Below are positions 39,929-49,080 of a stretch of 64,000 bases of DNA, in pieces; the first letter of the stretch is position 1, and every line of letters begins with the position of its first letter. A program made the position numbers and the translations under genes. Location: contig JBAPOM010000092.1 of the NCBI GenBank assembly GCA_049279635.1, positions 60,457 through 124,456 of the forward strand. Direction: 5' to 3'. Under the pieces are notes generated by a model. It was not told the DNA's origin and made no database searches. It saw only the letters and a list, made by a program, of their open reading frames with translations. The DNA comes from Candidatus Acidiferrales bacterium (GTDB lineage: Bacteria; Acidobacteriota; Terriglobia; Acidiferrales; UBA7541).

Positions 39929-41005
39929 ATGCGGTTCACGTCGAAGTGTATCTTGCTGGCCCTGGCTTTGATGCTTCCGTCCACTTGCCTTCTCCGGGCA
40001 CAGGGCACCCCGCCTCCAATTCCGATCCACGTGAAGGTGGTCGTCGTAAATATGTTTGAAGCGGGCAACGATACTGGCGATCGCCCCGGCGAATACCAGC
40101 TCTGGGTCGAGCGCGAGCACCTCGATCAGATTTTGCCGCTTCCCGCGGGCTATCACCACGTGCGCATGAACAAAGACGGCGTGCTCGGCCTGCTCACCGG
40201 CGTAGGCACGGCGCGCGCGGCCGCATCCGTGATGGCGCTGGGCCTCGACCCGCGCTTCGATTTCTCGAAAGCCTACTGGATCGTCGCCGGAATCGGCGGC
40301 GGCGATCCGGCGGACGTCTCGCTCGGCTCGGCGGTCTGGTCGGATCATGTGGTCGATGGCGATCTCGCGTACGAAATCGACGCGCGCGAAATTCCCAAGG
40401 ATTGGCCCACCGGCTACGTTCCGTTGCAGCACGCGACGCCTTACGAGCAGCCCGTGCGGCAAGGCGCCACCGGCGAAATCTACACGCTTAACCCAGGCCT
40501 CGTCGGCTGGGCCTTCGGGCTTACGCGCAACGTCCCACTCGCGGATACCGACGGAATACGCGCGTACCGCGCACGCTTCACCGGATTTCCCAATGCGATG
40601 AGGCCGCCGTTCGTTACGCGCGGCGACAACATGTGCGGCAGCACCTTCTGGCACGGCACGCTGATGGACCAATGGGCGAATGCCTGGGTGAGCTATTTCA
40701 CCGGAGGGAAAGGCAACTTCATGGTCTCGGCGATGGAAGATACGGGCACGCTCCAGTCGCTCACGTTCCTCAGCCACGCTGGGCGCGTCGATTTCAATCG
40801 CGTGCTCGTCCTGCGCACGGTAAGCAACTACGATCGCGAGCCTCCCGGCTCGACGCCCGCCGAAAGCCTCGCGCAGATGGCGAAAGGCAACTACCCGGCG
40901 TACATGGAGTCACTCGAGGCGGCGGAAACGGTGGGAGACAAGGTCGTTCGCGATATCGTCGAACATTGGAGCGACGGCGAGAAGAATATTCCTTCGGCGC
41001 CTTAG
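39929..41005 (+). CDS. NUP-family ('purine nucleoside permease') protein with signal peptide
   Basis: MRFTSKCILLALALMLPSTCLLRAQG leader behind GGAGGTG. VVVVNMFEAGNDTGDRPGEYQLWVERE and GIGGGDP resemble the PF06516 family as I remember it. Confidence 0.75.
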   Translation: MRFTSKCILLALALMLPSTCLLRAQGTPPPIPIHVKVVVVNMFEAGNDTGDRPGEYQLWVEREHLDQILPLPAGYHHVRMNKDGVLGLLTGVGTARAAASVMALGLDPRFDFSKAYWIVAGIGGGDPADVSLGSAVWSDHVVDGDLAYEIDAREIPKDWPTGYVPLQHATPYEQPVRQGATGEIYTLNPGLVGWAFGLTRNVPLADTDGIRAYRARFTGFPNAMRPPFVTRGDNMCGSTFWHGTLMDQWANAWVSYFTGGKGNFMVSAMEDTGTLQSLTFLSHAGRVDFNRVLVLRTVSNYDREPPGSTPAESLAQMAKGNYPAYMESLEAAETVGDKVVRDIVEHWSDGEKNIPSAP

Positions 41006-41013
41006 CCGCAGCG

Positions 41014-42405
41014 CTAGATTCCCGCGTATTGCTGGCGGCGGATGAATTCGCCGCTGCCGGCTTTGCCGACGAAAATTCCGTTCTCGATCACCGGGCGTCC
41101 GTGCGAGAGCACCGTCCTCGGCACGCCTTTTACGTGAATTCCCTCGAACATGGAGTAATCGACACGCATATGGTGCGTTGCCGCGCTGATTGTCTGCTCC
41201 TTGTTTGCGTCGAAGATCACGAGGTCGGCGTCGGATCCGATTGCGATGGTGCCTTTGCGCGGGAATAGGCCGAACAATTTCGCGGGGGCCGTCGCCACGA
41301 GCTGAACGAACCGGTTCGGCGAAAATCGCCCGCCGTGCACGCCGCCCGTATAGATGAGGCTGAGCCGGTGCTCGATTCCCGGCCCGCCATTCGGGATTTT
41401 CGTGAAATCGTCGCGGCCGAGTTCCTTTTGCTCCTTGAAGCAGAAAGGGCAGTGATCGGTCGAGACCACCTGCAGCGTGTCGTGCGCAAGCCCCTGCCAC
41501 AGTTTTTCCTGGTGCCATTTCTCGCGCAGGGGCGGAGTAAAAACGTATTTCGCGCCCTCGAATCCGGGTGCATCCATATTTTCGAGCGAGAGATAGAGAT
41601 ACTGCGGGCAAGTCTCGGCGTAGGCAGGCAGGCCGCGGTCGCGCGCCTCGCGCACTTTTTCGAGCGCGTCGTTGCACGAGAGATGGACGATATACACGGG
41701 CGCGCCCGCCATCTCCGCGAGCGCGATCGCGCGGCTGGTCGCTTCGCCTTCGGCCGTCGTCGGACGAGTGAGCGCGTGATATTTCGGTGACTTCTTGCCT
41801 TCCGCAAGCGCCTTCTGCACGATCACGTCGATCGCGCCACCGTTTTCCGCGTGCATGCAGATCAGCCCGCCGAATTTCGCGGCTTGGGACATCGCGCGGA
41901 AAATCGTCGCGTCGTCCACCATCAGCACGCCCGGATACGCCATGAAAAGCTTGAAGCTCGAGACGCCTTCGCCGATCAGCGCGCCCATCTCTTCGAGCTG
42001 CGCCGCGCCAAGGTCGGTGATGATGCAGTGGAAGGCGTAGTCGATGGCGGCTTTGCGGTCGGCCTTTTTCATCCACGTGTCAAATGCCTGCCGCAGGCTG
42101 TGGCCCTTGGTCTGGATCGCGAAATCGATCAGCGTGGTGGTGCCGCCGAAGGCCGCCGCGATCGTGCCGGATTCGAAATCGTCGGCGCTCGTTGTGCCGC
42201 CAAAAGGCATATCGAGGTGCGTGTGGGCATCGATGCCGCCCGGCATCACGAGCAGGCCAGTCGCGTCGATCACCTTGCCGGCGTTTTCGACCGGCAGCGC
42301 CTGCGCGATCGCGGTGATGCGCCCGCCGGAAATGCCGATGTCGCTCACATAAGTGTCCGTCGCGGTGACGACGGTGCCGTTTCTGATCACGGTGTCAAAG
42401 CGCAT
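41014..42405 (-). CDS. Dihydropyrimidinase / D-hydantoinase
   Basis: GGIDAHTHLDMPFGGT metal motif, the carboxylated-Lys region SFKLFMAY, and HAENG. 463 aa. AAGGAG lies 5 nt upstream of the ATG. Confidence 0.92.
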   Translation of the reverse strand: MRFDTVIRNGTVVTATDTYVSDIGISGGRITAIAQALPVENAGKVIDATGLLVMPGGIDAHTHLDMPFGGTTSADDFESGTIAAAFGGTTTLIDFAIQTKGHSLRQAFDTWMKKADRKAAIDYAFHCIITDLGAAQLEEMGALIGEGVSSFKLFMAYPGVLMVDDATIFRAMSQAAKFGGLICMHAENGGAIDVIVQKALAEGKKSPKYHALTRPTTAEGEATSRAIALAEMAGAPVYIVHLSCNDALEKVREARDRGLPAYAETCPQYLYLSLENMDAPGFEGAKYVFTPPLREKWHQEKLWQGLAHDTLQVVSTDHCPFCFKEQKELGRDDFTKIPNGGPGIEHRLSLIYTGGVHGGRFSPNRFVQLVATAPAKLFGLFPRKGTIAIGSDADLVIFDANKEQTISAATHHMRVDYSMFEGIHVKGVPRTVLSHGRPVIENGIFVGKAGSGEFIRRQQYAGI

Positions 42406-42548
42406 CGAATCTCCTTATGGAATGCAGATGAGGCATCTTAGGGCAACATCGAAAGTCCGTGCAACCCCGCAGGTACCCTAACCTATACTGTGTTCGCGCG
42501 CAGGTTCTATTGCGGCTTGCTGCTATGCTCACGATTCGAGAGCAAACG

Positions 42549-42743
42549 ATGCCCAAGAAGGTGCGCTTGACAGACGAACAGCTGGCCGACGAATTCACGG
42601 CGATCGCCGTGAAGCATCTCGACAAACTCCCGGCGGACGAGCGGGAACGCAGGATTCAAGCGTTTGAGAAGAGGATTTCTAGCGCCGCGAAGCCCGTAGG
42701 TCCTCGCGCCGCCCCTTCAGGAACTCGTCGTACTCCGAGATAG
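42549..42743 (+). CDS. Hypothetical small protein (64 aa), weakly supported
   Basis: Open frame in the 485-bp divergent intergenic region. GC3-rich codons occur in the first half only. The RBS is weak and no family was recognised. Confidence 0.3.
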   Translation: MPKKVRLTDEQLADEFTAIAVKHLDKLPADERERRIQAFEKRISSAAKPVGPRAAPSGTRRTPR

Positions 42744-42753
42744 GACGTTGCCT

Positions 42754-42774
42754 GCACAGACAGATTGTCTGTGC
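42754..42774. promoter_or_regulatory. Perfect 9-3-9 inverted repeat gcacagaca-gat-tgtctgtgc upstream of preT
   Basis: Read directly from the sequence. It lies 116 nt upstream of the preT ATG and 11 nt after the small-ORF stop. It could be an operator or a hairpin. Confidence 0.4.
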
Positions 42775-42889
42775 CACCTGATCTGAAATTAAGACACCAA
42801 CATGCTAGAATGGCGGCCTTACAGGCAGTCACGCGCGCTCGAAGCGTTCGTCCCGCCCGGCCGTGCGATTCGGAGATTCATACCTTTCC

Positions 42890-44254
42890 ATGCCGCTTCG
42901 CGAAACGGCGCCGAAGCTTCTCCCGGAACAATATGAAAAGAACTTCGCCGAAATCGCTCCGGCGCTGAATCCGCGTCAGGCCGCCATCGAAGCCGCGCGC
43001 TGCCTCTACTGCTTTGATGCGCCGTGCACGATTGCCTGCCCCACGCATATCGACGTACCCGCGTTCATTAAGAAAATTTCAACCGGCAATTTGCTGGGTT
43101 CCGCGCGCACGGTTCTTTCCGCGAATATTCTGGGCCACAGTTGCGGGCGTGTCTGTCCGACGGAAGTGCTCTGCGAAGGCGCTTGCGTGATGCACGAAAA
43201 GGGAGAGCCGCCGATTGAGATCGGCCGGCTGCAGCGCTACGCCGTCGATCACGTGCTCGACAACAATATTCAGCTTTTCCACGCCGGCGCACCGAATGGA
43301 AAGAAGGTCGCGTGCATCGGTTCGGGACCCGCGTCCCTCGCCTGCGCCGCCGAGCTTTCGAAGTGGGGATACGACGTCGCCATCTTCGATCGCAACGAAC
43401 TTCCCGGCGGGCTCAACACCTATGGCATCGCCGCGTATAAGGCGCGCGCGAAGGACGCGATTCGCGAGGCCGATCTGGTGAAGCAGCTCGGCGTGAAATT
43501 CCGCCAGAAAGTCGGAGTCGGCCGCGACATTAGCTTCGCCGACCTTGAAAAGCAGTTCGATGCGATCTTCATCGGCATCGGACTCGGCGAGACGTGGAGC
43601 CTCAGTCTGCCCGGAGAGGACTTGCACGGCGTCCACGGCGCGATTGAATTTCTCGCTAAAACGAAGGTAAATCCCCTGCACGAAGTCGAAGTCGGCGCGC
43701 GCGTCGCTTGCATCGGAGCAGGGAACACCGCGATCGACGTTGTCACCGCAGCGCGGCGCCTCGGCGCCAAAACGGTTTACCTCATCTATCGCCGCGGCGA
43801 GGCCGACATGCCGGCCTTCGCCTATGAATATCAGCTCGCCAAACAGGATGCCGTCGTGTTTTTCTGGCAGACGCTGCCGGTGCGCATCGTGGGTAGCGAA
43901 GGCGCCGTCACCGGCCTCGAATGCGTGCGGACCGAGCTTGGCCCGCCGGATGAAAAGGGACGACGCGCGCCGGTGCCGTTGGCTGGCACCGAATTTGTGC
44001 TTGATGTCGAGATGGTGGTGCGCGCCGTGGGGCAGCAGCCCGTGACCCAGATTTTGCGCAGCATCAAAGGTGTCGAGCTTCATGAGAACGGCACCGTGAA
44101 GGTCAACGAGCGCCATCAGACGGGCAATCCGAAATATTTTGCGGCAGGCGATTGCACGAATGGCGGCAAGGAAGTTGTGGACGCTGTCGCAGAAGGTATG
44201 GCTGCTGCAAGCGGGCTCGATGTTTGGCTTGGTGCACCGCGAGGGAAGAAGTGA
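42890..44254 (+). CDS. preT: NAD-dependent dihydropyrimidine dehydrogenase subunit PreT (glutamate-synthase small-subunit-like)
   Basis: Fe-S Cys clusters (CLYCFDAPCTIACP; CGRVCPTEVLCEGAC), VACIGSGPASLACA and IGAGNTAID dinucleotide folds, and adjacency to preA. An alternative GTG start lies at 42863. Confidence 0.85.
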   Translation: MPLRETAPKLLPEQYEKNFAEIAPALNPRQAAIEAARCLYCFDAPCTIACPTHIDVPAFIKKISTGNLLGSARTVLSANILGHSCGRVCPTEVLCEGACVMHEKGEPPIEIGRLQRYAVDHVLDNNIQLFHAGAPNGKKVACIGSGPASLACAAELSKWGYDVAIFDRNELPGGLNTYGIAAYKARAKDAIREADLVKQLGVKFRQKVGVGRDISFADLEKQFDAIFIGIGLGETWSLSLPGEDLHGVHGAIEFLAKTKVNPLHEVEVGARVACIGAGNTAIDVVTAARRLGAKTVYLIYRRGEADMPAFAYEYQLAKQDAVVFFWQTLPVRIVGSEGAVTGLECVRTELGPPDEKGRRAPVPLAGTEFVLDVEMVVRAVGQQPVTQILRSIKGVELHENGTVKVNERHQTGNPKYFAAGDCTNGGKEVVDAVAEGMAAASGLDVWLGAPRGKK

Positions 44255-44292
44255 TCGTTGCGGGGTGGGCTCCGGTCTTTGAAGTTCCGGGT

Positions 44293-44321
44293 GCCCCATC
44301 CTAGGTTTGTGAGGGTGGGGC
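44293..44321 (+). other. Intercistronic 10-bp stem hairpin between preT and preA
   Basis: gccccatcct (44293-44302) pairs with agggtggggc (44312-44321). There is one G-U wobble and a 9-nt loop. Confidence 0.5.
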
Positions 44322-44353
44322 CTTTCGCGTTTACTGCTCGCTTCCGGAGGTGA

Positions 44354-45658
44354 ATGATGGCTGATCTTAGCGTGAACTTTTGCGGGGTGAGCAGCCCGAA
44401 TCCGTTCTGGCTGGCTTCGGGGCCCCCGACGAATACGGGCGGGCAGGTGATGCGCGCGTTTGATGCGGGCTGGGGCGGCGCGGTGTGGAAGACGATTGGC
44501 GAGCCGATCGTCAATACGAGCTCGCGCTACGGCGCGATCGATCTTGCCGGCGTGAAGATGATGGGCTTCAACAATATCGAGCTGATCAGCGACCGTCCCA
44601 CCGAAGTGAATTTTCGCGAAATCTATGAAGTGAAAAAACGCTATCCGAAAAATCTGGTGATCGCGTCGCTGATGGTGGAATCGCGGCGCGAGTCGTGGCG
44701 CGCGATCGTGCGGCGCGCGGAAGACGCAGGTTCCGACCTGCTCGAGCTGAATTTCGGCTGCCCGCACGGGATGAGCGAACGCGGGATGGGCGCGGCCGTC
44801 GGGCAGGTGCCTGAATACACGGAGATGATCACGGCGTGGGTGAAGGAAGCCGCGAAGATTCCCGTGATCGTTAAACTCACGCCGAACGTTTCGAGCGTGA
44901 CGCACATCGCCGCAGCGGCCGAGCGCGGCGGCGCCGATGCCGTCAGCCTGATCAATACGATCAATTCGCTGATGGGCGTGAATCTCGATACGTTTGTGCC
45001 GCGGCCGGCGGTGGGCGGCAAATCCTCGCACGGCGGCTACTGCGGGCCTGCGGTGAAACCCATTGCGCTGCACCTGCTCTCGACCGTCGCGAAGAATGTG
45101 CGCGTGCCGATCAGCGGCATCGGCGGAATCGGCTACTGGAACGATGCCGCGGAGCACATCGCATTGGGTGCGTCGACCGTGCAGGTGTGCACCGCCGCGA
45201 TGCACTACGGATTCCGGATCGTGGAGGACATGATCGACGGACTCTCGCAATATATGGATCAGCGCGGATTCCGGACGATCGAGGATTTTCGCGGTCGGGC
45301 GGTGCCGAACGTCCAGGATTGGGGCGACCTCGATTTGAATTACAAAGTGATCGCCAAAATCGATTCGAAGCTGTGCATTGGGTGCCAACTCTGCTACGTC
45401 GCGTGCGAGGATGGCGCGCACCAGTGCATCGAGCCGTACCGCGAAGCTGCGAAGAAAAATACGGGCGGGTTTGGCGTTCACGTGCCGCGGATCATCGAAG
45501 AGGAGTGCGTAGGCTGCAATCTTTGCGCGCTTGTTTGTCCGGTCGATGGGTGCATCACGATGAAGGAAGTGGATAGCGACCGCGCGCCGGTGAGCTGGAA
45601 TGAGCGCGTGCGGCAATCGGCTGCGTCGTGCACGCCGCCAATGCCGAGCGGCGATTGA
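44354..45658 (+). CDS. preA: NAD-dependent dihydropyrimidine dehydrogenase subunit PreA (DHODH-like TIM barrel + 2x[4Fe-4S])
   Basis: NPFWLASGPPT, NFGCPHGM, and VKLTPNV. The C-terminal ferredoxin motifs are CIGCQLCYVACEDG and CVGCNLCALVCPVDGC. Confidence 0.9.
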   Translation: MMADLSVNFCGVSSPNPFWLASGPPTNTGGQVMRAFDAGWGGAVWKTIGEPIVNTSSRYGAIDLAGVKMMGFNNIELISDRPTEVNFREIYEVKKRYPKNLVIASLMVESRRESWRAIVRRAEDAGSDLLELNFGCPHGMSERGMGAAVGQVPEYTEMITAWVKEAAKIPVIVKLTPNVSSVTHIAAAAERGGADAVSLINTINSLMGVNLDTFVPRPAVGGKSSHGGYCGPAVKPIALHLLSTVAKNVRVPISGIGGIGYWNDAAEHIALGASTVQVCTAAMHYGFRIVEDMIDGLSQYMDQRGFRTIEDFRGRAVPNVQDWGDLDLNYKVIAKIDSKLCIGCQLCYVACEDGAHQCIEPYREAAKKNTGGFGVHVPRIIEEECVGCNLCALVCPVDGCITMKEVDSDRAPVSWNERVRQSAASCTPPMPSGD

Positions 45659-45677
45659 GGTGTACAGAGTTTAGAAA

Positions 45678-46139
45678 TCACGCCTTTTCGCGGACGCCCT
45701 CCTCCGGGGGCTTTCGAGCTTCTGCGAGTTTCCCGGCAGTGGCGAGGATCATGAGTATCACAACGAAATCCACTGAGTCGATGCCGGCGATCGCGGCTGC
45801 GGGAACCCACTTGGTGGTCCAGGGGACGGATAAAATAAGGAGAACATGAAGCGCCACGATGATTGTCATCGTGATCCAAAACCACGCATCCCGCCGTAGC
45901 TTCCAATTTAAAACAAACGCGAAACCAAGGACCGCAACACAATTCAATAAGGGTAACGCCATATTCAGTCTTCCAGCGCGATCAAACAGCCAATAAATCG
46001 GCAGTACGCCGATCATCAAACACAGCAGGCCCCACCAGGGCAGGCGCATTTTCTTAGCGACTCTCAGTTCGCTCTTCACATCGTTAACTACTTGCTTTTC
46101 CGACCGCCAAAAAGAAGACGCCCTTTTAGCATGCGTCAT
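45678..46139 (-). CDS. Hypothetical small membrane protein (153 aa), low-GC, translationally coupled to the NCS1 transporter
   Basis: ATGA overlap with the upstream NCS1 stop. Three to four hydrophobic helices. About 49% GC over 45841-46140 by my count, against about 60-65% for the neighbours. Confidence 0.5.
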   Translation of the reverse strand: MTHAKRASSFWRSEKQVVNDVKSELRVAKKMRLPWWGLLCLMIGVLPIYWLFDRAGRLNMALPLLNCVAVLGFAFVLNWKLRRDAWFWITMTIIVALHVLLILSVPWTTKWVPAAAIAGIDSVDFVVILMILATAGKLAEARKPPEEGVREKA

Positions 46140-47590
46140 TTGTTGTGCTCAGCAACCGGTTTGCCGGAGGTCAGAATCAGGTAGGCGAGGAAGCTTACGG
46201 CGAAGCCTACGAACCACGCGTAATCGTAGAGCGCGCGGACGGGCGGGTAGATTAGGCCGACAAATGCCACTGCGCAGCCGATTGCGAGCGCGGCGATCGC
46301 CTTCCAATGCACGCCGCGGGAAAATTCGTAGACGCCGTTGCGGCGGTACAAATCCTTCGCGTTGAGGATGGTTTTGCGACGGACGAAATAGTCGCAGATC
46401 AGGATGCCCGCGATGGGGCCGAGAAAGCCGGAGTAACCTACCAGCCAGCCCGAGACGTAATTCCCGTACGTGGCGAGAAGCTTCCACGGTTGCATCACAA
46501 TGCCGATCACGCAGGTGATCAGGCCGCCTGTGCGGAAGCTGATTCTCTGCGGCCAGAGATTCGAGAAATCGTTGGCGGGCGAGACGACGTTCGCGGCGAC
46601 GTTCACGTTGAGCGTCGCCATCAACAGCGCGAACATCGCGATGATGACCGCGATCGGATTGCCGAGATGCGCGAGGACGGCGACCGGGTCCCAGATCGCC
46701 TGGCCGAAGAGAATCACCGTGGCGGATGTGACGGCAATGCCGATGAAGGAATAGAACGTCATCGTGGCTGGCAGGCCGAGCGCCTGGCCGACCATTTGTT
46801 CGCGCTGGCTGTGGGCGTAGCGGGTGAAGTCGGGAATATTCAGCGCGACCGTGGCCCAGAATGCGACGACTCCTGTGAGCGACGGTACGAAAAACCTGAA
46901 GAATTCGCTGAAGGTGTGAAATTTCGACGGCGACGCGAGCATCGGGCCGAAGCCGCCCGCCTTGCTCCGCGCCCAGAGCAGCAGCGCGAGCCCGATCAGC
47001 AGCAGAAACGGAGCGGTGATTCCTTGCAGGAAGCGGATCGTCTGGATGCCGCGCACGATCACGATTACGTTGAGCAGCCAGAAAAACAGGAAGCACACCG
47101 GCGGGCACCACGAGACGCTTTTCCAGTCGGGCTCGAGCGCCAGCATCATCGTGTAGATTGCTTCGCCGCCAATCCACGCCTGGATGCCGAACCAGCCGCA
47201 CGCAACGAGCGCGCGGAGAATCGCGGGGACGTTGGCGCCGAGCACGCCGAATGCGGAGCGCGCGAATACCGGGAATGGAATTCCGTATTGCGCGCCTGCG
47301 TGCGCGTTGAGCAGCATCGGGATCAGGACGAGCACGTTGCCCAGAAACACCGTGAAGATCGCCTGCTTCCAGTTCATGCCGCCCGCGATCATGGCGCTCG
47401 CGAGCAAATAGGTGGGAATGTTGACGCTCATTGCGATCCAAAGCGCGGCGTAATTGTAGGTGCCCCAGCTGCGGCGCGCGGCGGGGACGGGCGCGAGATC
47501 TTCGTTGTAGAGCGAGCTGTGGCGGACTAAGGCGGGATCGAAAGGCTCGGCGTGCGCGCCGCTCTCGGGATCGATCGCCGCGTAGCTCAT
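46136..47590 (-). CDS. NCS1-family nucleobase:cation symporter (uracil/hydantoin/allantoin permease type)
   Basis: NEDLAPVPAARRSWGTYNYAALWIAMSVNIPTY is the classic NCS1 N-terminus. The body has 12 TM-like segments. Confidence 0.9.
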   Translation of the reverse strand: MSYAAIDPESGAHAEPFDPALVRHSSLYNEDLAPVPAARRSWGTYNYAALWIAMSVNIPTYLLASAMIAGGMNWKQAIFTVFLGNVLVLIPMLLNAHAGAQYGIPFPVFARSAFGVLGANVPAILRALVACGWFGIQAWIGGEAIYTMMLALEPDWKSVSWCPPVCFLFFWLLNVIVIVRGIQTIRFLQGITAPFLLLIGLALLLWARSKAGGFGPMLASPSKFHTFSEFFRFFVPSLTGVVAFWATVALNIPDFTRYAHSQREQMVGQALGLPATMTFYSFIGIAVTSATVILFGQAIWDPVAVLAHLGNPIAVIIAMFALLMATLNVNVAANVVSPANDFSNLWPQRISFRTGGLITCVIGIVMQPWKLLATYGNYVSGWLVGYSGFLGPIAGILICDYFVRRKTILNAKDLYRRNGVYEFSRGVHWKAIAALAIGCAVAFVGLIYPPVRALYDYAWFVGFAVSFLAYLILTSGKPVAEHNK

Positions 47591-49080
47591 TTTCGGGGCT
47601 TACGCGGCGTGTAGTCGATGTAGACGGCTTTCAGCTCGGTGTAGAAATCGATCGCGACGCGGCTCACTTCGCGCAGGCCGACGCCCGTTGCTTTCACGCC
47701 GCCGAAAGGCATCTGCGCTTCGCTGACCACGGTGGGCGCGTTCACATGCGTCATGCCGGTTTCGATGCGGTCGATGAATTCGAAAATTCGGGCGGCGTCA
47801 TTCGTGTAGATCGAGCTCGAAAGGCCGTATTTCACGGAATTTGCGACGCGCAGGGCTTCCTCGAAATCCGGCACACGAATCACCGAAAGCACGGGGCCAA
47901 AAATTTCTTCCTGCGCGATCCTGCTGTCCCAGCGGACGTGATCGAAGATGGTCGGGGCGACGAAGTAGCCGTTTTCTCCGGTGGGCACGACCGCCCCGGC
48001 GGGCAGGCCTCCGAGCAGGAGCGTGGCTTCCTTTTTGCCGATCTCCAGATAGCGCAGCACGGTGTTGAATTGCTGCTCGTCGACGAGAGGGCCGACGTCG
48101 ACGCCGGCGTCGAGGCCGTTGCCGACTTTGAGTTTCTTGGCGCGCTCGACGATCATTTTGACGAATTGGTTGGCGATCGAGTCTTCGACCACGACACGGC
48201 TCGTCGCCGTGCAGCGTTGCCCGGTGGAACCGAAAGCGCCGGCCACGACGTGGTCCGCGGCGAGAGCGAGATCGGCGTCGCTCAGCACGACCACGGGATT
48301 CTTGCCGCCCATTTCGCACTGGCATTTCTTCATTTGCTTTGCGGCGGTGGCGTAAATGAGGCTGCCGATATCGTTCGAGCCGGTGAATGAAATCGCGCGA
48401 ACATCCGGAGAGCGAAGAAGCTCATCGCCGACTTCTTCGCCCGCGCCGAGAACCATATTCAGCACGCCGGCGGGCAGGCCGGCCTGTTCGAAGATTTCGC
48501 AGATCTGCACGCAGGTTTGCGGCGTGAGCTCGGCGGGCTTGATGACCATCGTGTTGCCCGCGACGAGCGCCGGAGCGGCCTTCCACACAGGAATCGCGAC
48601 GGGAAAATTCCACGGGGTTATCGCGCCCACGACGCCGAGAGGCTGCTTGACGGTGTAGGTGAAATTGCGCGGCGAAGCGCTCGGCACGGTTTCACCGCCG
48701 ATGCGGCGGCCTTCGCCGGCGGTGAATTCGAGGATGTCGATGGTGCGCTGCACCTCGACGAGTGAATCTTTCAGGGTCTTGCCTTCCTCGCGCGTGAGTG
48801 TGCGGGCGAGCTCGTCCTTGCGCTGCTCCATGAGCGCGGCCGCGCGGGCGAGAATCTTGCCGCGCACCGGCGCGGGAGTGTCGCGCCACGCGGGGAACGC
48901 AGCTTTGGCGGCGGCGACGGCTTCGTTGATTTCCGCGCGCGTCGAAAGAGGCACGAGGCTCAGCACTTCGTTCAAATCGGCGGGATTGCGCCGTTCGATC
49001 GTTTGCGTGGAGCGAGATTCGACCCAGCGGCCGTTGATGTAGTTGCGGCAGAGGGGAGCCGTCATTGTGGCGCTCGTCAA
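47587..49080 (-). CDS. NAD(P)-dependent aldehyde dehydrogenase
   Basis: [15 protein letters not shown], a CEMGGKNP Glu motif, the catalytic-Cys region GQRCTATSR, and EEIFGPV. Confidence 0.9.
   Translation of the reverse strand: MTSATMTAPLCRNYINGRWVESRSTQTIERRNPADLNEVLSLVPLSTRAEINEAVAAAKAAFPAWRDTPAPVRGKILARAAALMEQRKDELARTLTREEGKTLKDSLVEVQRTIDILEFTAGEGRRIGGETVPSASPRNFTYTVKQPLGVVGAITPWNFPVAIPVWKAAPALVAGNTMVIKPAELTPQTCVQICEIFEQAGLPAGVLNMVLGAGEEVGDELLRSPDVRAISFTGSNDIGSLIYATAAKQMKKCQCEMGGKNPVVVLSDADLALAADHVVAGAFGSTGQRCTATSRVVVEDSIANQFVKMIVERAKKLKVGNGLDAGVDVGPLVDEQQFNTVLRYLEIGKKEATLLLGGLPAGAVVPTGENGYFVAPTIFDHVRWDSRIAQEEIFGPVLSVIRVPDFEEALRVANSVKYGLSSSIYTNDAARIFEFIDRIETGMTHVNAPTVVSEAQMPFGGVKATGVGLREVSRVAIDFYTELKAVYIDYTPRKPRK

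Noticed and set aside
43079-45616. 845-aa minus-strand ORF spanning both preT and preA and the spacer between them
   Set aside because: It is antisense to two genes with unmistakable PreT/PreA motifs. The translation is Arg/Ala/His-rich (runs such as RRPRHKRIEIHAHQRIDRIDQ) with no recognisable domain. This is the typical open antisense frame of GC-rich DNA.
46149-47530. Alternative ORFs 46149-47441 (minus strand, different frame) and 46307-47530 (plus strand) overlapping the NCS1 gene
   Set aside because: Only the 46136-47590 frame gives 12 hydrophobic helices and the NCS1 N-terminal motif. The others translate to Arg/Asp/His-rich hydrophilic sequence.
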